Shown one piece after another: positions 58,691 to 64,000 of a DNA stretch of 64,000 nt; the first letter of the stretch is position 1, and every line of letters starts with the position of its first letter. The position numbers were made by a program, and so were the translations under genes. Origin of the DNA: Myxococcota bacterium (GTDB taxonomy: Bacteria; Myxococcota_A; UBA796; CAJQPC01); the NCBI GenBank assembly GCA_036229005.1, contig JAZAMN010000004.1, positions 1 to 64,000 of the forward strand. Reading direction: 5' to 3'. Under the pieces are notes generated by a model. That model searched no databases. It was given only the letters and a program-made list of their open reading frames with translations, and had not been told where the DNA came from.

Positions 58691-60078
58691 TTGCGGCCTC
58701 CGTTGCGGGCGGCGATGTAGTCGATCAGGTCGATCTTGGTGATGATGTCGTGGACCTTGTGGCTGTTGCCCTTGGAGCTGACCACGAACGCGACCTTGTA
58801 GCGACGGAACAGGTCGGTGAGCACCTCGACGGACTCGGCGTCCTCGATGGTGCAGTAGTCCATCTGGATCAGGTCCTGGACCTTGGAGTTCTCGCCGCCG
58901 CTCTTGAGGCTGTGCTCCAGCAGCGCGGTCTCGCTCAGGATGCCGACGATCTGGCCGTCGTCCAGCACGGGGACCTGGGACACGCCCTTCATCTTCATCA
59001 GGCCGATGACCTCGGCGGCCGTCGCATCGGGGCCCACCGAGACGAGCTTGCGGGTGCCCATGTGCTTGACCAGGTCACGCACGCGGCCCATCGAGGACTT
59101 GGCGTCCAGGAAGCCCTGCTCACGCATCCAGGAGTCGTTGAAGATCTTGGACATGTAGCGGGAGCCGGAGTCCGGCAGGATGACCAGCACCTTGAGGTCG
59201 GGCTTGTCGTTGCGCTCGATCCACTTGAGCGCGCCAGCCACCACGGAGCCGCCGGAGCCGCCGCAGAAGATGCCCTCCTCCTGGACGATGCGCCGGGTCA
59301 TCTGGAAGGACTCGACGTCGTTGACGCGGACCACGTCGTCGATGAACTCCCACTGCACGGTCGAGGGCATGAAGTCCTCGCCGATGCCCTCGACCACGTA
59401 GGTGTAGGGCTGGGTCATCTGGCCGGTGTGGAAGTAGTCGAAGTAGACCGAACCCACGGGGTCCACACCGATGATCTGGACCTTGGGGTTGGTCTTCTTG
59501 AAGTACTCGCCGATCCCGGAGATCGTGCCGCCGGTGCCCAGGCCGCAGATGATCGCGTCCAGCTCTTCGCCCATCTGGTCCCAGATCTCTGGGCCGGTGG
59601 ACAGCAGGTGGGTCCGGGGGTTGGAGGGGTTGTGGTACTGGTTCGCGTAGAACGCGCCGGGCTCTCCGGCCAGCTTCTTGGACACGCTGTAGTAGCTGCG
59701 CTCGTCCTCCGGCTCGACGGCGGTGGGCGTGATGACCACCTTGGACCCGTAGGCGCGCAGCGCGGCGCGCTTCTCCTCGGACTGCTTGTCAGGCATCACG
59801 AAGGTGCAGGTGTAGCCCTTGACCGCGGCGACCATGGCCAGGCCCGCGCCGGTGTTGCCAGAGGTGCCCTCCACGATCTTGCCGCCCGGCTTGAGGGTGC
59901 CATCCGCTTCGGCGTCGGCGACGATCTGCAGGGCCAGGCGGTCCTTGATGGACCCGGCCGGGTTGAGCATCTCCAGCTTGGCGTAGAGCTTGCCCTGGAT
60001 CCCCTTGGTGACGCTGTTCAGGCGGACGATCGGCGTATCGCCCACGGCCTCCAGGACGTTGTTGTAGACCTTGCGCAC
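58687..60078 (-). CDS. Cystathionine beta-synthase with C-terminal CBS domains
   Basis: 'KLEMLNPAGSIKDR', 'TSGNTG', 'GLGTGGTISG', 'VEGIGEDF', 'PDSGSRYMSKIFND'; CBS pair; AAGGAG before GTG start. Confidence 0.92.
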   Translation of the reverse strand: MRKVYNNVLEAVGDTPIVRLNSVTKGIQGKLYAKLEMLNPAGSIKDRLALQIVADAEADGTLKPGGKIVEGTSGNTGAGLAMVAAVKGYTCTFVMPDKQSEEKRAALRAYGSKVVITPTAVEPEDERSYYSVSKKLAGEPGAFYANQYHNPSNPRTHLLSTGPEIWDQMGEELDAIICGLGTGGTISGIGEYFKKTNPKVQIIGVDPVGSVYFDYFHTGQMTQPYTYVVEGIGEDFMPSTVQWEFIDDVVRVNDVESFQMTRRIVQEEGIFCGGSGGSVVAGALKWIERNDKPDLKVLVILPDSGSRYMSKIFNDSWMREQGFLDAKSSMGRVRDLVKHMGTRKLVSVGPDATAAEVIGLMKMKGVSQVPVLDDGQIVGILSETALLEHSLKSGGENSKVQDLIQMDYCTIEDAESVEVLTDLFRRYKVAFVVSSKGNSHKVHDIITKIDLIDYIAARNGGRK

Positions 60079-60146
60079 GGTGGCTCCTTGTCGGTGCGGG
60101 AACGGGGGAGGGCTATAATCCGACAACGCAATCCTGGAGCGCCGGC

Positions 60147-61802
60147 TTGGACGACATCCGCGACCGCCTTGTACGCAAGGGCGACTACGTGTACGGCTCC
60201 TTCATCCGGCCTGAGCAGGTTGACGGGTACATCAACGGGGTCAACCCCGGTGACCGCTCCGACGTGCTGGGACGCTTCGCCTTCTCGGAGGCCAGCGTCG
60301 ACGACGCCGTGGAGCACGCCCGGATCAGCGCCCGCATCTGGCGGCGCGTGGGGATCACCGATCGGACCTCGGCCGTGCGCCGCTTCCGCCAGGCCGTCGC
60401 CAAGGGCCGCGAGCGCTTGGTCATCATGGCCACCCGGGAGACCGGCAAGCCCGTCTGGGAGGCCCGCGCCGAGGTCATCGACACCCTCAAGACCCTGGAT
60501 CAGCTCCTGGAGGGCGGCCACGCCATCCTCGATCCGGCCGTGGCCGAAGAGCTCTCTGGTCGCAACGACCACGTCCCCCGCGGCGTCGTCGCCATGCTCT
60601 GCCCCTTCAACCTGCCGATCCTGGTCACCGCCGTCAACACGGCCGCTGCGGTCCTGGCGGGCAACACGGTGGTCTACAAGCCCTCCAAGTTCACCCCCGG
60701 CTGCGGCCAGCTCATCGCCGAGCTCTGGGACCAGTGCCGGCTGCCGCGCGGCGTGGTGAACATGATCCAGGGCTCCGGCTCCGCCTCGGGCAAGCGCCTG
60801 AGCATGCACCCCGACATCGACGCCCTGCTGATGTCCGGCTCCTTCTCCACCGCCATGGACATCCGGCGTCAGATCTTCGACCGGCCCGAGCTCCCCGTGC
60901 TCTACCAGACCGGCGGCAAGGCCCTCTCGGTCGTCCTGGACGGCGCCGATCTGGAGCGCGCCGTGTACGAGGTCATGGTCGGCGCCTTCGTCTCCGCCGG
61001 CCAGCGCCACGACTCCACCGCCCGCGTCATCGTGGAGTCCGGCACCTACGAGGCCTTCATCAGCAGCCTGGTCCGCCACACCAAGCGCCTCTCGGTCGGC
61101 TACGGCTTCGACAACGACATCTTCATGGGCCCGCTGATCTCCGAGCACTCCCGCTCGCAGTTCCGCCGCTACGGCCGCGCCCTGGTCGCCAAGGGACACC
61201 AGCCGCTGCTGGAGGGCAGCTCCCTGACCAAGACCCGCCTGCGGGGCTTCTACGTCTCCCCCGCGATCTACGAGGTGGATTGGCGCAACGGGGCCCCCTT
61301 CCTCAACGAAGAACCCCCTGGGCCCACGCTGCTGGTCTACCGGGTCGAGTCCCCGGACGAGGCCATCGCGCTGCACAACCAGGCCTACTACCGGCTGGCC
61401 TGCGGCCTCTTCCCCGGCCCCAGCCACGACGTCGCCGACATCGTCGACCGCCTGCGCACCGGCCGCGTGCACGTCAACCGCGCCACCACCTCGCGCACCG
61501 TGCCGCTGCTCTCCTCCGGGCTGGGCCGCAGCTCCTCGGGGCAGGCCGGCGGCCTTGGGCTGCTGCGCTTTCTGACCTACCCCCGCGCCCACGTGCAGGA
61601 GATGCGGGACTTCGACGACACCTACACCCTGCCGGGCACCCACTGGAACGCGGAGCCCAGCGACCCCCTCATCGAGCTGGACACCAGCGAGGTCGAGGAG
61701 CTCCCCTCCCTGGAGATCCAGGCGGTGGAGGTCGAAGAGGACCTGGGCGCCATGCTGGAGCCTGAGCCCACCGCCGAGGTCGACCTCCCCGAGCAGAGCT
61801 GA
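60147..61802 (+). CDS. Aldehyde dehydrogenase superfamily protein (AstD-like) with substituted catalytic residues
   Basis: 'RETGKP', 'PRGVV...PFNLP', 'GNTVVYKPS', 'LPRGVVNMIQG'; 'YQTGGK' and 'AGQRHDS' at the catalytic Glu and Cys positions. Confidence 0.85.
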   Translation: MDDIRDRLVRKGDYVYGSFIRPEQVDGYINGVNPGDRSDVLGRFAFSEASVDDAVEHARISARIWRRVGITDRTSAVRRFRQAVAKGRERLVIMATRETGKPVWEARAEVIDTLKTLDQLLEGGHAILDPAVAEELSGRNDHVPRGVVAMLCPFNLPILVTAVNTAAAVLAGNTVVYKPSKFTPGCGQLIAELWDQCRLPRGVVNMIQGSGSASGKRLSMHPDIDALLMSGSFSTAMDIRRQIFDRPELPVLYQTGGKALSVVLDGADLERAVYEVMVGAFVSAGQRHDSTARVIVESGTYEAFISSLVRHTKRLSVGYGFDNDIFMGPLISEHSRSQFRRYGRALVAKGHQPLLEGSSLTKTRLRGFYVSPAIYEVDWRNGAPFLNEEPPGPTLLVYRVESPDEAIALHNQAYYRLACGLFPGPSHDVADIVDRLRTGRVHVNRATTSRTVPLLSSGLGRSSSGQAGGLGLLRFLTYPRAHVQEMRDFDDTYTLPGTHWNAEPSDPLIELDTSEVEELPSLEIQAVEVEEDLGAMLEPEPTAEVDLPEQS

Positions 61803-62140
61803 TGGACTTCCTGCACGACTACGACCGCGCCTGCGCAGAGTCCGGGCCCCCCTCGGTGTTCCTGCTCACCCACGAGGGCCTCTGGCGCGTCATGCCCGAC
61901 CTGACCCGGGACGGCTGGGTGCGCCTGGATCGAGCGCCCGAGCGCGACCCCGCCCACGGCCTCATGCGCGACCGGGCCACCGGGTTCGTCACCCGCGTCT
62001 ACACCACCAGCCGCGCCCTCTTTGACGCGCACCCCCGGGTCGACTGCACCTGGTATGAGAGCGAGGCCGAGGCGCTCGCCGCCTACACCGCGCTGGGCCG
62101 GCCGCCTCTGTTGGACCCACCCAGCCGCACCTCGTCGTGA
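61802..62140 (+). CDS. Hypothetical protein (112 aa)
   Basis: TGATG and GTGA overlaps with both neighbours, GC3 bias. Confidence 0.7.
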   Translation: MDFLHDYDRACAESGPPSVFLLTHEGLWRVMPDLTRDGWVRLDRAPERDPAHGLMRDRATGFVTRVYTTSRALFDAHPRVDCTWYESEAEALAAYTALGRPPLLDPPSRTSS

Positions 62141-63699
62141 CCTGGATCCTTGTCGGCGCAGCCGTGGCCGGCACCTCGGAGCTCTGGGGGGTGAGCGGAG
62201 AGCTCTGGGAGCCAAGCGGCCGCCTCCCTGACTTCTCCTCCGCCGGATACCGCGCCGGACAGGAGCCTCCCTCCGAGCCAGTCTCGGCGTCTGTCCTGGA
62301 TTTTGGGGCCATCCCAGACGACGGGCAGGACGACTCCGCCGCCTTCCAGGCCGCCATCGACGCCACCACCGGCGTGCTCGAGATCCCCGCCGGCACCTAC
62401 GTGATCGACGCGGTCCTCCACATCAACCACGGCGACCTGGTCCTCCGCGGCTCGGGCCCCGAGCAGACCACCCTCAGCTTCCCCAGCGCCCTCACCGACC
62501 TGGAGGGCGCGGCCGCCCAGTGGAGCTGGAACGGCGGCCTCATCTGGATCGCCCCCCCCGAGACCGGCAGCGCGCTCACCACCGTCGAGCCCGCCCTGCG
62601 CGGCGACACCCGGCTCAGCGTCGGCGACACCACCGGCCTGCAGGACGGCCAGCTCGTCGAGCTCCGCCTGGACGACGACGAGGACCGCAGCCTGGGCTGG
62701 CACCTGCACAACGACCAGGAGGCGCCCGGCGACTGCGACTACCAGGTCCCCCTGTCCATGGACTGGCCCGTCCGCATCGCCCGCGTCATCGACGCCCAGA
62801 CCGTCGAGCTCCAGCAGCCCCTGCGCCTGGACATCCGCGCCGAGTGGAGCCCCCAGCTCTACAGCCTGCCCGCCCTCTCGGAGATCGGCGTCGAGGGCCT
62901 CACCCTGGCCTTCCCCCCCGACCAGGAGTACCCCGGCCACCTGGACGAGCGCGGCTACAACGGCATCTTCCTGGACGGCGGCGTGGTCGACGCCTGGTTC
63001 CAGGATCTGGTCTTCCGGGACGCGGACAACGGCCTGCTGGTGGACCAGCGCTCCAAGCACATCACCGCCCGGCGCCTGCGCTTCGAGGGCCGCATGGGGC
63101 ACCACGGCTTCAACGTCGCCCACGCCCACGATGGCTTGTTCGCCGACGTCCACTACGCCGCCGACTACTTCCACTCCGTCACCGTCGACCACCGCGCCAG
63201 CGGCAACGTCTTCATGCGCTTCTCCGCCGAGCCCGGCCTGGAGCTGGAGCTCGACCACCACCGCGACAGCCCCTTCGAGAACCTCTGGACCGCCTTCTCA
63301 GCGCCGCACAACCTGGTCAACGGCGGCAACTTCTGCGCGGGGTCTCCCGGGGGCGCGAGGAACACGGTGTGGGGCATGGCTGGGCCCACCATCCCGCCCT
63401 ACTGGGACCACGTACAGACCAACGTCATCGGCCTCATCGACGAGGACACCCTATCGCTGACCGCCGACCAGGAGTGGCTCGAGCCCGTAGAAGACCTGCG
63501 TCCGCGCAACCTCTACCTCGCGCAGCGCGCCCTCCAGGCCGGAGAGCCCTACGTCGACACCGGCCTCCAGGACACGGGCACCCCGACGGCGCCGGATCCC
63601 CAGGGCTGCGGTGGCTGTGGGGGGAGCGCTCCGCTGCCCGGCGTGCTGGCCCTCTTGCTGGGGCTGGTGGCCCTCCGGCGCGCGACCCCTGCCGACTGA
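62137..63699 (+). CDS. Pectate-lyase-like beta-helix protein with MYXO-CTERM-like tail
   Basis: 'LPDFSSAGY', 'VLDFGAIPDDGQDDSAAFQAAID', 'IPAGTY', 'LRGSG'; tail 'GCGGCGG...LLLGLVALRR'. Confidence 0.8.
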   Translation: MTWILVGAAVAGTSELWGVSGELWEPSGRLPDFSSAGYRAGQEPPSEPVSASVLDFGAIPDDGQDDSAAFQAAIDATTGVLEIPAGTYVIDAVLHINHGDLVLRGSGPEQTTLSFPSALTDLEGAAAQWSWNGGLIWIAPPETGSALTTVEPALRGDTRLSVGDTTGLQDGQLVELRLDDDEDRSLGWHLHNDQEAPGDCDYQVPLSMDWPVRIARVIDAQTVELQQPLRLDIRAEWSPQLYSLPALSEIGVEGLTLAFPPDQEYPGHLDERGYNGIFLDGGVVDAWFQDLVFRDADNGLLVDQRSKHITARRLRFEGRMGHHGFNVAHAHDGLFADVHYAADYFHSVTVDHRASGNVFMRFSAEPGLELELDHHRDSPFENLWTAFSAPHNLVNGGNFCAGSPGGARNTVWGMAGPTIPPYWDHVQTNVIGLIDEDTLSLTADQEWLEPVEDLRPRNLYLAQRALQAGEPYVDTGLQDTGTPTAPDPQGCGGCGGSAPLPGVLALLLGLVALRRATPAD

Positions 63700-63763
63700 G
63701 GCCGCGCGCAGCCCCTGCTTTTCGATCCCACCCCGCCCGCGGGTCCAAGGAACAGGAGGACCC

Positions 63764-64000
63764 ATGCTGCTGCTCACCCTCGCCTGCGCTTCGGCCATCC
63801 AGTACGACACCCCCATCCCCGCCGAGTACCCGTGGGAGCGGGCCGAGCCCACCGTCGCGCAGGCCGATGCCATCGCTGCCGCCCAGGCCTACGCCGAGTC
63901 CGAGGGCTGCTTCTCGATCCTGGTCATCGAGGGCGAGCAGATCCTCCACGAGGCCTACTTCGGCGGCCACAGCGCGCAGACCCCCTGGCCCATGTACAGC
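63764..64000 (+). CDS. Partial lipoprotein, probable serine hydrolase (beta-lactamase family), truncated by window end
   Basis: AGGAGG RBS; translates MLLLTLAC...FSILVIEGEQILHEAYFGGHSAQTPWPMYS, typical of the segment leading into SxxK. Confidence 0.65.
   Translation, partial: MLLLTLACASAIQYDTPIPAEYPWERAEPTVAQADAIAAAQAYAESEGCFSILVIEGEQILHEAYFGGHSAQTPWPMYS

Noticed and set aside
57512..60078. CBS + cystathionine lyase operon as a novelty
   Set aside because: Well-known reverse trans-sulfuration gene pair.

Overview
High-GC bacterial chromosomal segment, most consistent with a Myxococcota-type organism (MYXO-CTERM-like tails, DCDD 'putative metal-binding' repeats, FG-GAP proteins, many lipoproteins); this taxonomy is an inference from protein styles. 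About 48 densely packed genes mix housekeeping functions (enolase, PlsB, acyl-CoA ligase, CBS/CGL transsulfuration pair, SlyD, RluA, 5-oxoprolinase) with many exported proteins of unknown function. No rRNA, tRNA, CRISPR-Cas, integrase or transposase was recognised. Most notable: (1) a tandem pair of lipoproteins whose cores align by eye with the pore-forming part of anthrax protective antigen / binary toxin B components, with no A component in the window; (2) two ~300-bp intergenic elements of unrelated sequence but identical architecture (31-bp-period repeat array, spacer, inverted 31-bp-period array); (3) a REP-like family of bulged hairpins (CGTCGATTC...GAATCTGACG) at two loci with swapped inner stems; (4) a thioredoxin-fold lipoprotein split by an in-frame TGA in a UxxC motif, probably a selenoprotein; (5) an aldehyde dehydrogenase homolog lacking both catalytic residues; (6) an acetate kinase-PduL fusion; (7) a DUF2330 paralog cluster. 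All family assignments were made by motif recognition without database searches.
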